A DNA stretch of 64,000 nt from an uncultured Chloroflexia bacterium (GCA_963728205.1 CAVSIV010000006.1:1536001-1600000); one strand, 5' to 3'. Numbered from the stretch's first letter, positions 17,245-27,974 are shown. Program-made: numbers and translations. The notes: generated from the letters alone by a model not told the origin.

Positions 17245-20200
17245 ATGACGCTCGCCCAGGACCTCACTGCACGCTACGCACCCGAGCTGCGCGGGTTTGG
17301 CGGTTCGCTGCCCGACGACTTCGGGGCGGCCGCCGACGCGCTCGCCGGCTCGCTCGACGAGGCGCAGCTCGATCGCTGGGCGCGCACCGGCGTCGACCTC
17401 GCGAACCACTCGCTGCGCTCGTGGGAGGCCGCCGCGGAGTACTTCCGCGCCAGCCCCACGATGGCCACCCGGGTCAACTTCGACGCCCTCATGCACTGGG
17501 TCGAGGTCGCGACGACGCTCTCCGCCCGCTCCTCGCTGATCGCCGCCGCCTTCCTCAAGGCGACGCCCGAGGTGCTCGACCACCTCGCGCTCGACCGCCT
17601 CGACGCGTGGTCGGAGCAGGGCGACCGCCTCTGCCGCGGCAACTGGAAGTCGATCGCGCTCTCCGCGCTCTTCTTCCAGGTCAGCCCCGGCCTGCTCGGG
17701 GCGCTGTCGCTCGACGCCGTCGGGCGGCTCGTCGACATCGTCGACCAGCTGACGGAACGCTCCTACGAGCTTGCGACGACGTGCCTCGAGAGCGCGGGCC
17801 CGATTTTCGCGAAGCTGGCGCCGGAAGACCGCGAGCCGTTCCTGCGCTTCGCGCGGGCGGTGACGCGCGCTTCGTGGGCCGACACGCGGCTGTACTTCGA
17901 GCGCGGGCCGAAGCTGCTCGAGACCATCGAGCACAGCCAGCGCGCCGCGTTCCTCGACCTCGCCTCGCGCGTCACCATGGCCGTCGGCCGGCAGGGATTC
18001 CCGCTCTTCGCCGACGCCGCGGCCGCGCTCGCGCAGTGCGACCCGATTGATCACCAGGAGCTGCTCGCGTTCGCCGCGCGCCTCGCGCCCGGGAGCCCGC
18101 AGGCGGCGATGGAGTACCTGAAGTCCGCGCCGTTCGTGCGCACGCGCCTCACGCCCGAGCAGATGCAGCGCTGGGCCGAGACCGGTGTCGAGATCCTGCA
18201 GCAGGAGCGCAACGCCGAGGGCGCGGAGGCGTACTTCCGGCTCGAGTCGACGCGCGCCGAGGAGATGATGCGCTCGCTGTCCGCGCGCGTGGAGCTCTCC
18301 AGCGTGAACAGCATGCTCCGCATGTACGCGAAGGCGCTCTCGGGCGAGCAGGTCTCCGTGCAGTCCGCGGAGAACCTCGTCGACAAGAACATCGGCTGGA
18401 TGAGCGAGGGCGCGGCGACCACCGAGGGCACCTCAATCTACCTGCCCCCCTTCGTGAACACGTTCGAGGAGCAGCACGCCAACTTCCAGGTCTACAAGGT
18501 CTTCACCACGCACCAGGCCGGCCGGCTCGAGTTCGGGTCGTTCGGGTACCGCTGGAGCGAGCCCGGCCGCTACGCGCCCGTGACGGTGGTCGACCGCGAG
18601 GCGCGGCGCGCCGAGGAGCAGGCCGCGGCCCCCGCCGACGACGGCGCGAAGAAGCGCGGCGAGGCGATGACCGCCATGCAGCGCTTCTTCAACCTCTTCG
18701 AGGACCGCACGCTCATCCACGGCCTGTTCACCGTCGTGGAGGACACGCGCGTCGACGCCTATGTCGGCCGCGAGTACGGCGGGATCCGGCGCTGGCTGCT
18801 GCGGCTGCAGTCGCACGAGGCCGACAACCGCCCGAAGGTCTACTCGATGGGCCTCCGGCAAGCCTTTATGGAGAACCTGCTGCGCATGTCGCTCGGCCGG
18901 CCCGACACCGTGCGCTGGCCGAACACGCTCGAGCGCTACCTCGCGCGCGGCGTCGCCGCCCTGCGGGTCATCGAGCAGCCCGACGCGGTCGTGCAGGACT
19001 CGGCGGAGGTCGCCGCCGCGCTGTACGACATCGCCGTCTCGATCCCAAACGTCCTCGCGGACCTGCCCGAAGGCGACTGGGTCCCGCCCGACGAGGAGAT
19101 GCTCTCGATCGCGCCGAGCATGCCGGGCGGCGGCGGCGAGGGCGAGCCGCAGATGATGCCGAACGGCGAGGAGATGGCGTTCGAGAACCCGCCGCAGCCG
19201 GAGTTCCGCGGCGACTTCAAGCCGGAGCTCGTGCAGCTGCTGATGAAGCTCAAGCTCCAGCAGCAGGGGCAGCAGGCCGACGGCGCCTCGTCGCCGCTGA
19301 CCAAGGAGCAGCTCATGGAGCTGCTCGAGAACTCGGCGGAGATCACGATCAGCGAGTGGGCGGAGGGCGACCTCGCGTCCAGCCTCGGCATGTTCCTCAC
19401 CAACCTCGAGAAGGAGGCGGGCACGCCCGCCGGCGACCCGAAGCAGAAAGGCGAGGGGCAGCAGCAGGACGCGGGCGGCGGCGACGGCGGCGACGAAGAA
19501 GAGCTGCCGATGCGGATCGACTACTTCTACTACGACGAGTGGGACTTCCGCGCCTCCGACTACCGCCCGCGCTGGACCCGCGTCGGCGAGCGCATCTCCG
19601 AGGAAGGCGACGGCGAATTCTACGAGGAGACCCTGCGCCGCTATCACGGCCTCGTCCTCGAGACCCGCCGCCAGTTCGAGCTGATGCGCCCGGAGTCGTT
19701 CCGCAAGATCAAGAAGCTCGAGGACGGACACGAGCTCGACCTCGACGACGCCATCGAGTTCCACGTCGACAAGAGGGCCGGCGTCGGCCCGATCGCGCGC
19801 ATCTACTCGCGCCGCAACAAGGTGGAGCGCGACGTCGCCGTGGCGTTCCTGCTCGACATGTCCGCGTCGACCGATGAGGAGATCGAGAAGCAGCGCCAGA
19901 AGTACGACAAGGACGACGACGACGACAACTTCGACGGCGACCCGCGGAAGTACTTCCAGTGGCTCGCCCAGCGCCGCGCGCGCCAGGCGATCGAGCCGCC
20001 GAAGCGGATCATCGACCTCGAGAAGGAGTCGACGGTGCTGGTCGTCGAAGCGCTCGAGGCGATCGGCGACGCCTACGGCATCTACGGCTTCTCGGGCTAC
20101 GGCCGCGACAACGTCGAGTTCCACGTCATCAAGGACCTCGACGAGACCTTCGACGACTCCGTGCGCAAGCGCATCGCGAAGATCGAGCCGATCCGGTCGA

Positions 20201-20532
20201 CGCGCATGGGCCCCGCGATCCGGCACACGATCCACAAGCTCAACGAGTACGACGCGAAGGTGAAGATCCTGATCCTCGTCTCCGACGGCCGCCCGCAGGA
20301 TCACGGCTACGGCCGCGACCGGACGGAGAAGGAGTACGCGGTTCACGACACGAAGCAGGCGCTCGTCGAGGCGAAGCGGGATGGCATCATCCCGTTCCTG
20401 ATCACCGTCGACAAGGAAGGCCACGACTACCTGAAGCAGATGTGCGACGACATCGGCTACGAGGTCGTGGACAACATCGAGTCGCTGCCGCGGCGACTGC
20501 CGACGCTGTACCGGCATCTAGCCGCCGACTAG
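17245..20532 (+). CDS. Large CbbO/NorD-type VWA adaptor protein with N-terminal helical repeats
   Basis: TTEGTSIYLP, EDTRVD, YDEWDF, DGHELDLD, MIDAS motif LLDMSAST...TRMGPAIRH...SDGRPQD. Confidence 0.9.
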   Translation: MTLAQDLTARYAPELRGFGGSLPDDFGAAADALAGSLDEAQLDRWARTGVDLANHSLRSWEAAAEYFRASPTMATRVNFDALMHWVEVATTLSARSSLIAAAFLKATPEVLDHLALDRLDAWSEQGDRLCRGNWKSIALSALFFQVSPGLLGALSLDAVGRLVDIVDQLTERSYELATTCLESAGPIFAKLAPEDREPFLRFARAVTRASWADTRLYFERGPKLLETIEHSQRAAFLDLASRVTMAVGRQGFPLFADAAAALAQCDPIDHQELLAFAARLAPGSPQAAMEYLKSAPFVRTRLTPEQMQRWAETGVEILQQERNAEGAEAYFRLESTRAEEMMRSLSARVELSSVNSMLRMYAKALSGEQVSVQSAENLVDKNIGWMSEGAATTEGTSIYLPPFVNTFEEQHANFQVYKVFTTHQAGRLEFGSFGYRWSEPGRYAPVTVVDREARRAEEQAAAPADDGAKKRGEAMTAMQRFFNLFEDRTLIHGLFTVVEDTRVDAYVGREYGGIRRWLLRLQSHEADNRPKVYSMGLRQAFMENLLRMSLGRPDTVRWPNTLERYLARGVAALRVIEQPDAVVQDSAEVAAALYDIAVSIPNVLADLPEGDWVPPDEEMLSIAPSMPGGGGEGEPQMMPNGEEMAFENPPQPEFRGDFKPELVQLLMKLKLQQQGQQADGASSPLTKEQLMELLENSAEITISEWAEGDLASSLGMFLTNLEKEAGTPAGDPKQKGEGQQQDAGGGDGGDEEELPMRIDYFYYDEWDFRASDYRPRWTRVGERISEEGDGEFYEETLRRYHGLVLETRRQFELMRPESFRKIKKLEDGHELDLDDAIEFHVDKRAGVGPIARIYSRRNKVERDVAVAFLLDMSASTDEEIEKQRQKYDKDDDDDNFDGDPRKYFQWLAQRRARQAIEPPKRIIDLEKESTVLVVEALEAIGDAYGIYGFSGYGRDNVEFHVIKDLDETFDDSVRKRIAKIEPIRSTRMGPAIRHTIHKLNEYDAKVKILILVSDGRPQDHGYGRDRTEKEYAVHDTKQALVEAKRDGIIPFLITVDKEGHDYLKQMCDDIGYEVVDNIESLPRRLPTLYRHLAAD

Positions 20533-20564
20533 CGCTGGCGCGGGACTGCCGACGAACGTCAGAA

Positions 20565-20585
20565 TCGGCGGCGTGTCTGCCGCCG
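20565..20585 (-). repeat. Single copy of the REP-like unit
   Basis: Reverse complement reads CGGCGGCAGACACGCCGCCGA, identical to the array core. Confidence 0.85.
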
Positions 20586-20605
20586 TTTACCAGCGAATCG
20601 GGGTT

Positions 20606-20631
20606 GCGGCCCGGCGTTCACGCCGGGCCGC
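20606..20631. terminator. Hairpin between convergent genes
   Basis: GCGGCCCGGCGT-TC-ACGCCGGGCCGC. Confidence 0.6.
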
Positions 20632-21002
20632 TATTTGTGCTGGCGGGCCACCGCGTCGTCGATCGCGCGGTAGTACCCGAGCCGCCGCCGTGCGAATACG
20701 ACGCCGCGCAGCGCGGGCACTGCGGTGACGAGCGCGAGCCCGATCAGCGCCAGCGCCAGCGAGAAGCCGTCGGGCAGGGGCAGCAGCACGATCGCGGCCG
20801 TGCCGTACCACGCGCCGGCGCGCTGCAGGTCGCGACCCACCGCGTGCGCGGTGTCGCGGCGGACCCGGTCGTCGCCATAGGTGCCGGAACGTTGCGGGTG
20901 ATACCAGCGGCCGAGCCGCACCCGGCACAGCGCGACGCCGAGCGCCCAGTAGAGCAGGCCCGCGCCGGCGAGCGTCAGCAGCGCACCGTCGCCCGAGCTC
21001 AT
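20631..21002 (-). CDS. Small membrane protein (3 TM)
   Basis: Three hydrophobic segments; purine-rich RBS upstream. Confidence 0.6.
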   Translation of the reverse strand: MSSGDGALLTLAGAGLLYWALGVALCRVRLGRWYHPQRSGTYGDDRVRRDTAHAVGRDLQRAGAWYGTAAIVLLPLPDGFSLALALIGLALVTAVPALRGVVFARRRLGYYRAIDDAVARQHK

Positions 21003-21017
21003 CGCGTCTTGTCCTTC

Positions 21018-22031
21018 TCACCCTTCCCGTAGTCGATATCGTCGCACGCCCGCGCCAGCATCGGATGCCTCCGCCAGGCCCTGTTCTTCGAGCAGGTCGA
21101 GGTGCCCGATCACCTCGGTGACGGCCTGCCCGATGCGCTGCGCCGGCAGGCGCGGGAAGAGGCGTCGCGCGAGCTCGTACGCGGTCGCGGGGCCGTCTGC
21201 GAGCAGCGCGCGCAGGCGGGCGGCACGGCGCGCGTGGTGCGCCTCGAAGCGCTCGAACAGGCGCGCGACGCCGGCGGGGTCGTCCACGGTCTCGCCGTGG
21301 CCCGGCAGGAGTCTGCGCACGTGCAGCGCGCGCAGGCGCTCCACGGCGCGCAGGAACGGCGGGAGCGACGGCCAGCGCGCACCGGGGTCGCCGTCGCCGG
21401 GCGCGCCGGGGATGGCCGCCGGGAAGTGCAGGCCGGCGGTCGGGATCGTCGTCGGCAGGAGGGTATCGCCGGAGAAGAGGTCGCCCTGAGCGGCGAGGGA
21501 GGCGACGAGGTTGCCCGGCGTGTGCCCGGGCAGGCCGAGGAGCTCCAGCGCCGCGCCGCCGGCCAGCCGGACGCCGCCGTCGCCCACGACCGGGTCGACG
21601 CGGTCGGGCGTGCACGGCTCCCACCGCAGGCGGCGTCCGCCGCGCAGCGTGCCGAGGTGGCGCAGCAACTCCTCCGGGCAGCCGTGGCGGCGCAGCTCCG
21701 CGAGCCGCGGCGCGCGCTGCGCCTCGTTCGACGCGCGGCCCGCGAGCACCGCGGGGACATCCGCGGCACCGACGAGCACGCGCGCGCCGGCGCGCGCCCA
21801 GCGCGCCGCCAGGCCCGCGTGGTCGATGTGCGCGTGGGTGATGACCACGGCCCGCACGTCCGCCGGCCCGAAGCCGTGTACCCGCGCCTGGCGCAGCGCC
21901 GACTCCCACGTCGGCCCCTCGTCGAGGAGGTCGAAGTCGGGGCCCGCGTCGACGAGCACCACGCCGCCGGCGTCGAGCGGGAGCGCGTAGATCACGTTGT
22001 CGCCGAGGACGATGGGCGCCGCGTCGATCAC
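21018..22031 (-). CDS. MBL-fold metallo-hydrolase with C-terminal wHTH-like tail
   Basis: LVDAG, THAHIDHAG, PGHTPG, FSGDT, LPGHG. Confidence 0.92.
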   Translation of the reverse strand: MIDAAPIVLGDNVIYALPLDAGGVVLVDAGPDFDLLDEGPTWESALRQARVHGFGPADVRAVVITHAHIDHAGLAARWARAGARVLVGAADVPAVLAGRASNEAQRAPRLAELRRHGCPEELLRHLGTLRGGRRLRWEPCTPDRVDPVVGDGGVRLAGGAALELLGLPGHTPGNLVASLAAQGDLFSGDTLLPTTIPTAGLHFPAAIPGAPGDGDPGARWPSLPPFLRAVERLRALHVRRLLPGHGETVDDPAGVARLFERFEAHHARRAARLRALLADGPATAYELARRLFPRLPAQRIGQAVTEVIGHLDLLEEQGLAEASDAGAGVRRYRLREG

Positions 22032-22117
22032 GCGACGAGCCTACGGGGCGCCCGCCGCGCCCGCGACCGGCGGCGAGTAGCCACCAGGTGAGCGTGGACG
22101 GCTGCGGCGACTCGTCC

Positions 22118-23173
22118 TCATGCTGCGCCCGCCTCCGCGAGCGCCCGGTCCTCGGCGGCGTAGCCGAGGCGGGCGCGAGCCTGCGCGGGATCGGCGAGCC
22201 ACGCCGGGGGGTGGGCCCGCTCCCACGCAATCGTGCGGCGCAGTCCCTCGTCGTACGCGACGACCTCCCCGTAGCTGAGCTCCCCGCGGATGCGCGAGGT
22301 GTCGGCGGCGATGTGATGCCGCGCGTCGATCGATGGCCGCAGGTGCGCCGGCAGCGCGGGCTCCGGGAGCGCGACGACCCGGCCGCTCCAGCCCGCCGCC
22401 GCACCAACCCGTGCGACGCGTTCGGCCGTGGTCGGCGTCGCCGCCGGCCCGACGTTGTACACGCGGCCGGCTGCCATCGGATGTGTCGCGGCGAGCGCGA
22501 GACCGTGTGCGACGTCCTCGACGTACCCGTGCGTCCACCGCCAGCGAGCCACGGTCTCGTCGAGCAGGATCACCGGTCGCCCGTCGTCCATCCGGCGCAC
22601 CCACTCGGCGAACCGGTGCTGACGGTCGCCGGGCCCGTACGTCGCCGGGAGCCGCACGACGACGCCCTCCAGTCCGCTGGCCGCCAGCACCACCCGCTCC
22701 GCCGGAATCTTGTCGTAATGCTCGGGGTCGACCAGGCCATCGGCGGGGATGCTGCTTCCTCGATACGGGTAGAGCACCGTGCGAAGCGGCGCATCCTCGT
22801 CCGTCCCGTCCGTCCCGTCCGCCTCCGGCTCGCTCGGCTCCATGCCGCGTAGCCGTCCGTATGCCGCGTAGACGTCCATGCTGCTCGCCAGCACGAGCCG
22901 CCGTGCCGCGCCGGCGAAGGCGGCGACCACGGCGCGCGCCGGCGCTTCGCCCATGCAGGTCATGTCGACAACGACCTCGGGCGCGAAGGCGCGCAGCGCG
23001 GCGGCGCTCTGCGCGAGCCGGGTGCGATCGCCGCGCACGTGCGCGACCGCCGCCGGCAGCTCCGCCTGCGTCTCCCCGCGATGGAACACGGCGAGGTCGT
23101 GCCCGCCCGCCGCGAGCTCGCGCACGAGGTAGGGCCCGATGAACGCCGTCCCGCCGAGGACCAGGATCCGCAC
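22118..23173 (-). CDS. NAD-dependent epimerase/dehydratase family protein
   Basis: ILVLGGTAFIG, SSMDVY, YDKIPAE, RLPATYGPGD. Confidence 0.9.
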   Translation of the reverse strand: MRILVLGGTAFIGPYLVRELAAGGHDLAVFHRGETQAELPAAVAHVRGDRTRLAQSAAALRAFAPEVVVDMTCMGEAPARAVVAAFAGAARRLVLASSMDVYAAYGRLRGMEPSEPEADGTDGTDEDAPLRTVLYPYRGSSIPADGLVDPEHYDKIPAERVVLAASGLEGVVVRLPATYGPGDRQHRFAEWVRRMDDGRPVILLDETVARWRWTHGYVEDVAHGLALAATHPMAAGRVYNVGPAATPTTAERVARVGAAAGWSGRVVALPEPALPAHLRPSIDARHHIAADTSRIRGELSYGEVVAYDEGLRRTIAWERAHPPAWLADPAQARARLGYAAEDRALAEAGAA

Positions 23174-23182
23174 CGTGCCGCC

Positions 23183-24020
23183 CTACGCGTCCCGGAACTG
23201 CTCGATCAGCGCCGCCTGCCTGTCGAGCAGCGGCAGCACGGTTTCGGCGGGCGCCGGCGGCAGCGGGAAGATCGCGCGCTCCACGCCGGCCGCGATCATC
23301 TGCTCGACACCCTCCGGCGTCGGCCGCACGCCGTAGACGGTGACGGGGATGGAGCCCCGACCCGCGTCCGCCGCCATGCGCTGCAGCTCGGCGACGCGCT
23401 CGGCGATATTTGCGACGCGGTTCGGCATCCACCCATCGCCGTACGCGATCACGCGGCCGCAGCGTGTTCGGCCCCTGCCCGCCCACCAGGATCGGCGGGT
23501 GCGGCTTCTGCACCGGCTTCGGCACTGGTAGGCCGGCGGAAAGTTGACGAGCTCGCCGTGGTACTCGGCCTTCGACTGCGTCCAGAGCGCCTTCATCGCC
23601 TGGACGCGCTCGCGCAGCAGCCGCCAGCGCTGTCCGGGTCGGCGCCGTGGTTCGCCATCTCCTCGACGTTCCAGCCGCCGCCGATGCCGAAGATGAAGCG
23701 GCCGCCGGAGAGCAGGTCGAGCCTCGCGACGTATTTCGCCGTGACGATCGGGTCGCGCTCGGCACGAGGCGATGCCGGTGCCGAGCCGCAGGCGCTCTGG
23801 TCGCCGCGCGCGGCAAGGACAGCGCGACGAACGGGTCATAGGTGTGGAGATACTCCTTGGGCAGCTCTCCCCCGCCGGGGTAGGGCGTCTTCCGGCTGGT
23901 CGGGATATGCGAGTGCTCCGCGAAGAAGAGCGACTCGTAGCCGCGCGCCTCCATCGCCCGGCCGAGGTCGGCCGGGCGGATCGAGTAGTCGGTGGGGAAG
24001 ATGAACGCGCCGAACTGCAC
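23183..24020 (-). pseudogene. LLM-class F420-dependent oxidoreductase, multiply frameshifted
   Basis: FFAEHSHIP...DPFVAL...GIGGGWNVEEM...PKPVQKPHPPILVGG...YGDGWMP spread over three frames. Pseudogene or sequencing error. Confidence 0.8.
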
Positions 24021-24102
24021 GGGGGCCTCCTCGCGACGCTGCGCCGGGGGCCGACGGCGCGCCGCCCGGGACGCGCATGGTAGCGGACGGAGCGGGGCGT
24101 CC

Positions 24103-25354
24103 TCAGGCGAGCGGGTCGACGTCGCCGCCCGCCACGGCGTCCGCCGCGGCAAGGAGCGCGGACGGGCGCGGCGGCGCGCTCTCGACGCGCAGCCACGCGA
24201 CGTACGCGGCGCCGCCGCCCGCGGCCAGCGCCGCGCCCAGCGCGAGGAACGCGCCGGGGAACGACGTCGTCGCGATCAGCCCCAGGGCCGGCAGCAGGCC
24301 GGCGAGCGCGATCGTCCGGCCGAGCTGCGGGACCGAGAGCGCCGTCGCGCGGACCTCGGACGGCACGCGCGCGTTGAGGTAGTCGAACAGCAGCGGCCGC
24401 GCGAGGGCGCCGAGGAATGCGAGCAGCGCGAAGCCGACCACGGCGGCCAGGTGGTCGACGCCGCCCATCACGCAGAGCGTCGCAGCGGCGCCGAGCACGA
24501 TCGCGCCGAACGCGAACCGCCCGCCCAGGCGGCGCTGCACCCACGACGCCGACAGCGATCCGCCGATCGCGAGCAGCCGGATCGGCAGCACGACGACGGC
24601 GAACGCCGCGATCGGCACGCTGTGCCGGACGAGGAACGGCTGCAACAGCAGCATGCCGGGGGCCATCACGGCGGCGAACGACACCGAGAGCAGCACGAGC
24701 CGCCAGGACGCCGGGTCGGCGCGCAGCACGCGGAGCCCGCCACGCAGCGCCTGCGCGTAGCCGCTGCGCCCGCGCGCCGCCGCGCTCGCCGGCGGCTCCG
24801 CGAGCGCCAGCACGAGCGGCACGGCGGCGAGATGCGCGACGCCGCCGAGCACGATCGGCGCGGCGAGCCCGAGCGGCGCGGCAATCAGCGGGCCCACGAC
24901 CGCGCCCGCGAGCGCGGCGGTGTTGAGCGCCGCGTTCAGCCGGCCGTAGCGGTCGGCGAACTCGCCGCCGCGTCCGTCGCTCTCCAGCAGGTCGAAGAGG
25001 TACGCGCCGTCGTTGCCGCTGTAGAACGCGATGCCGCTCGCCCACAGCACGTACGACGCGAGCAGCAGCCCGAAGTTGCCCGCGAGCCCGAACACCACGA
25101 GCCCGAGCGCCCTGCACGACGTTCGCCACGACGAACGTCAGTCGCCGCCCGAAGCGATCCGAGAAGGCGCCCGCCGGCACCTCCGCAGCGATCGCCACCG
25201 CCCAGAAGAACGTCTCCAGGATGCCCACCTGCGCCAGCGTCAGGTGGCGCAGGTCCGTCAGGTAGACGACCCACACTGCGGCGTGCGGCGCGAAGCCGCC
25301 GACCAGTGTCGCGGCGACGAGGATGCGCAGGTTGCGATCGACGCGGAGCGGCAT
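24103..25354 (-). CDS. MFS transporter (one frameshift near 25110)
   Basis: EVPAGAFSDRFGRR (motif A) in one frame; remaining TM helices and EVRATALS in the 24103-25098 frame. Confidence 0.85.
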
Positions 25355-25519
25355 GGCGGTGGCGTCTCCTCGGATCAGCGGGGCGGCAGCGTACCAGCAC
25401 CGAACCCTGTACAACGGGTCCCCATGCCGCGGAGAACGGCCACGCGTCGGCGGGCCGAGGATTACGGGCCAGCCGGTGATCCCACCGGCCCACCGCGGGC
25501 CTGGAGAAGGGAACGAACC

Positions 25520-25891
25520 ATGCCACTGCACATCCGGAAATCGGACGCAGGCGGGTCGGTGGAGCGCACCGGCCAGCCGATCTTCGAGGGCCAGGTCTGG
25601 GCGCGCGAGCTGATCGAGAGCGGCGCCAGCCGCGACTTCAGCGCGAGCGTCGTCCAGTTCGCGCCGGGCGCGCGGGCGAAGCCGCACCGCCACACGTCGG
25701 ACCAGTTGCTCTACGTCGTGGCCGGCATCGGCAAGGTCGGCGACGCCGACGGCGAGCACGTGATCAGCGCCGGCGACGCCGTGCTGATCCCCGCGGACAC
25801 GGATCACTGGCACGGCGCCGGCGACACGACATCGCCCATGACGCACATCTCGTTCCTGCGCTCGGACAGTCAAACCACCGTGGGGGAGTAG
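25520..25891 (+). CDS. Cupin-domain protein
   Basis: FAPGARAKPHRHTSDQLL...GDAVLIPADTDHWHGA. Confidence 0.9.
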   Translation: MPLHIRKSDAGGSVERTGQPIFEGQVWARELIESGASRDFSASVVQFAPGARAKPHRHTSDQLLYVVAGIGKVGDADGEHVISAGDAVLIPADTDHWHGAGDTTSPMTHISFLRSDSQTTVGE

Positions 25892-25934
25892 CCGCGGGCG
25901 CGTCGGTGGCGTAGCCTCGAATGAGCACACAATT

Positions 25935-26228
25935 GTGACCACACCGGAGACGACGATGGAGCAAATCGGCGTCCGCGATCTCAAGGAGCGCGCGTCGGAG
26001 ATCCTGCGGCGCGTGCGCGAGGAGGGAGCGTCGTACGCCGTGACCTACCACGGGAAGGTGATCGCGCGGCTCGAACCCGAGCCGGACGAGGAGACGCGCC
26101 GGCGTCACGCGGGCGAGGCGCTGGCGCGGCTGGAGGCGACCCGCAAGGAGATCGCGAAGCACCTGCTGCCGGGGGCGTCGGCGGTTGAGCTGATCCGCGA
26201 AGGACGCGATCGGCTCGACCACATCTAG
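25935..26228 (+). CDS. Phd/YefM-family antitoxin
   Basis: IGVRDLKERASEILRRV...VTYHGKVIARLEP. Confidence 0.9.
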   Translation: MTTPETTMEQIGVRDLKERASEILRRVREEGASYAVTYHGKVIARLEPEPDEETRRRHAGEALARLEATRKEIAKHLLPGASAVELIREGRDRLDHI

Positions 26229-26230
26229 TC

Positions 26231-26644
26231 ATGTTCGTCGTCGACGCCAGCGTCTGGGTCGGGTACTTCGTCCCGGGGGACGGCTTTGGCGAGCCATCTC
26301 ATTCGTGGCTGGTCGACGTCCTCGCGCGCGCCGAGACGTTGCACGTGCCCGCGCTGGCGTTGGCGGAGGTCGCGGGTGCGGTGAGACGGCGGACGGGTGC
26401 TGCCCCGCTCGCCGAGCGCGCGGTCGGTGACCTGCGCTTCCTGGTTGGCGACGCGCTCCACGCCGTCGACGCCCACCTCGTCGAGGCTGCCGCCGCGCTC
26501 GCAGCCGAGACGGGCCTGCCCGGCGCCGACGCCGTCTACGTCGCGCTCGCCGTCGTCCTCGACCTGCCGCTCATCACCTGGGACGTCCGTCAGCTCGCCG
26601 TCGCCGGATCGCGCGGGCGCACGCCGCTGGACGCCGCCACGTAG
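26231..26644 (+). CDS. PIN-domain (VapC-like) toxin
   Basis: VVDASV, ALAEV, ADAVYVALA, PLITWD; directly after the antitoxin. Confidence 0.9.
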   Translation: MFVVDASVWVGYFVPGDGFGEPSHSWLVDVLARAETLHVPALALAEVAGAVRRRTGAAPLAERAVGDLRFLVGDALHAVDAHLVEAAAALAAETGLPGADAVYVALAVVLDLPLITWDVRQLAVAGSRGRTPLDAAT

Positions 26645-26648
26645 CTCG

Positions 26649-27897
26649 CTACCGCACCGCCCCCTGCGCGCGCGACATCAGGTAGCGCCGCAGCAGCGAC
26701 AGCGACTGCAGCACCGCGCGCCGCTTGGCCGCCTCGCGGCCCTGGTAGTAGCGGTGCGTCGCGTACTCGATGCCTTCGCCGTCGAAGAGCGCGATGTGCA
26801 TCGTCCCGGGCGGCTGCCCCTCAATCTCCTCGCCACCGGCGATGCCGGTGATGCCGAGCCCGAGGTCGGCGTGCAGCCGCTCGCGCGCGACCTTCGCCAT
26901 CGCCTCTGCCGTCTCGCGCGAGATCACGCCGTGCATCGTGATGATCTCGGGTGGCACCCCGACCTCGATCTTCGACGCCGCGGTGTAGGCGATGAGCGAG
27001 CCCTGGAAGTAGTTCGACGCGCCGTCGTTGTCGGTGAGCGCGTTCGCGATCGAGCCGCCGGTGGCAGACTCCATCAGGGCGAGGGTCAGACCCTGCTGCT
27101 CGAGCATCTGGCCGATGGCGCCGGCCAGCGAGTCCTCGTCGGTCCCCCAGAATCGACGGGCCGAGGATGCGCCGCGCCTCCTCCTCGACGGGCTCGATCA
27201 GGTGCCAGGCCTCCTCGCGCGTCGCCGCCTTCGCCGAGATGCGCGCGTGCACGCCATCGGCGCGCGCGTAGATGCCAATCGACGGGTTCGTCCCCTTGAG
27301 CAGCGGCGAGAGCATCTCGTCGACCGAGCCCTCGCCGATGCCGGTGGTCTTCAGCGTGCGGGAGACGAGGATCGAGTCCGCGCGGCGCTCGAGCTCCGGC
27401 ACAATCTCGTGCTCCCACATCCGCGTCATCTCCTGCGGCGGCCCGGGCATCACCGCGATCACCTTGCCGTCGCGCTCGACCCACCAGCCGGGCGCGGTGC
27501 CGCGCGGGTTGGGGATGGCGCGGGCCGAGGGGATGAGCATCGCCTGCTTGAGGTTGCGCTCGGGCATCGCCGCCGCGCCGCGGTTGGCGAAGAACGAGCG
27601 CACGACGCGCTCCTGCTCCTCGTCGATGTAGAGCTCCTCGCCGAGCACCTTCGCGATGGTCTCGCGGGTGAGGTCGTCCTCGGTCGGGCCGAGCCCGCCG
27701 GTGCAAAACACGAAGTCGGAGCGGTCCCACGCGCGGCCCATCACCTCCTGCAGGCGCGCCGGGTTGTCGCCGACCTGCGAGACGTACAGGAGGTCGATGC
27801 CGAACTGCGGCATGGCCGATGCGATGTAGGCCGCGTTGGTATCCGTGATCTCGCCGAGCAGGATCTCGGTGCCGATCGAGACGATCTCAGCGCGCAT
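26649..27897 (-). CDS. cinA: CinA (MoCF-like domain + NMN deamidase domain); frameshift near 27152
   Basis: IGTEILLGEITDTN, GGLGPTEDDLT, GTAPG, MPGPP; C-terminal ESATGG, GITGIAG in a second frame. Confidence 0.92.
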
Positions 27898-27974
27898 GCC
27901 GTCGCTCCTCCTCCGCGCGTTTGGTTGGCGCCCGGGAGCATAACGCGGGCACGCGCCGCCGGCCCATCCGGCAG

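Noticed and set aside
16312-20532. Evidence for CO2 fixation or denitrification
   Set aside because: No RuBisCO, PRK or nor genes in the window; family membership alone does not identify the client.
25935-26644. Toxin-antitoxin pair as marker of a mobile element
   Set aside because: No integrase, transposase, att site or flanking direct repeat seen; an ordinary solitary type II module.
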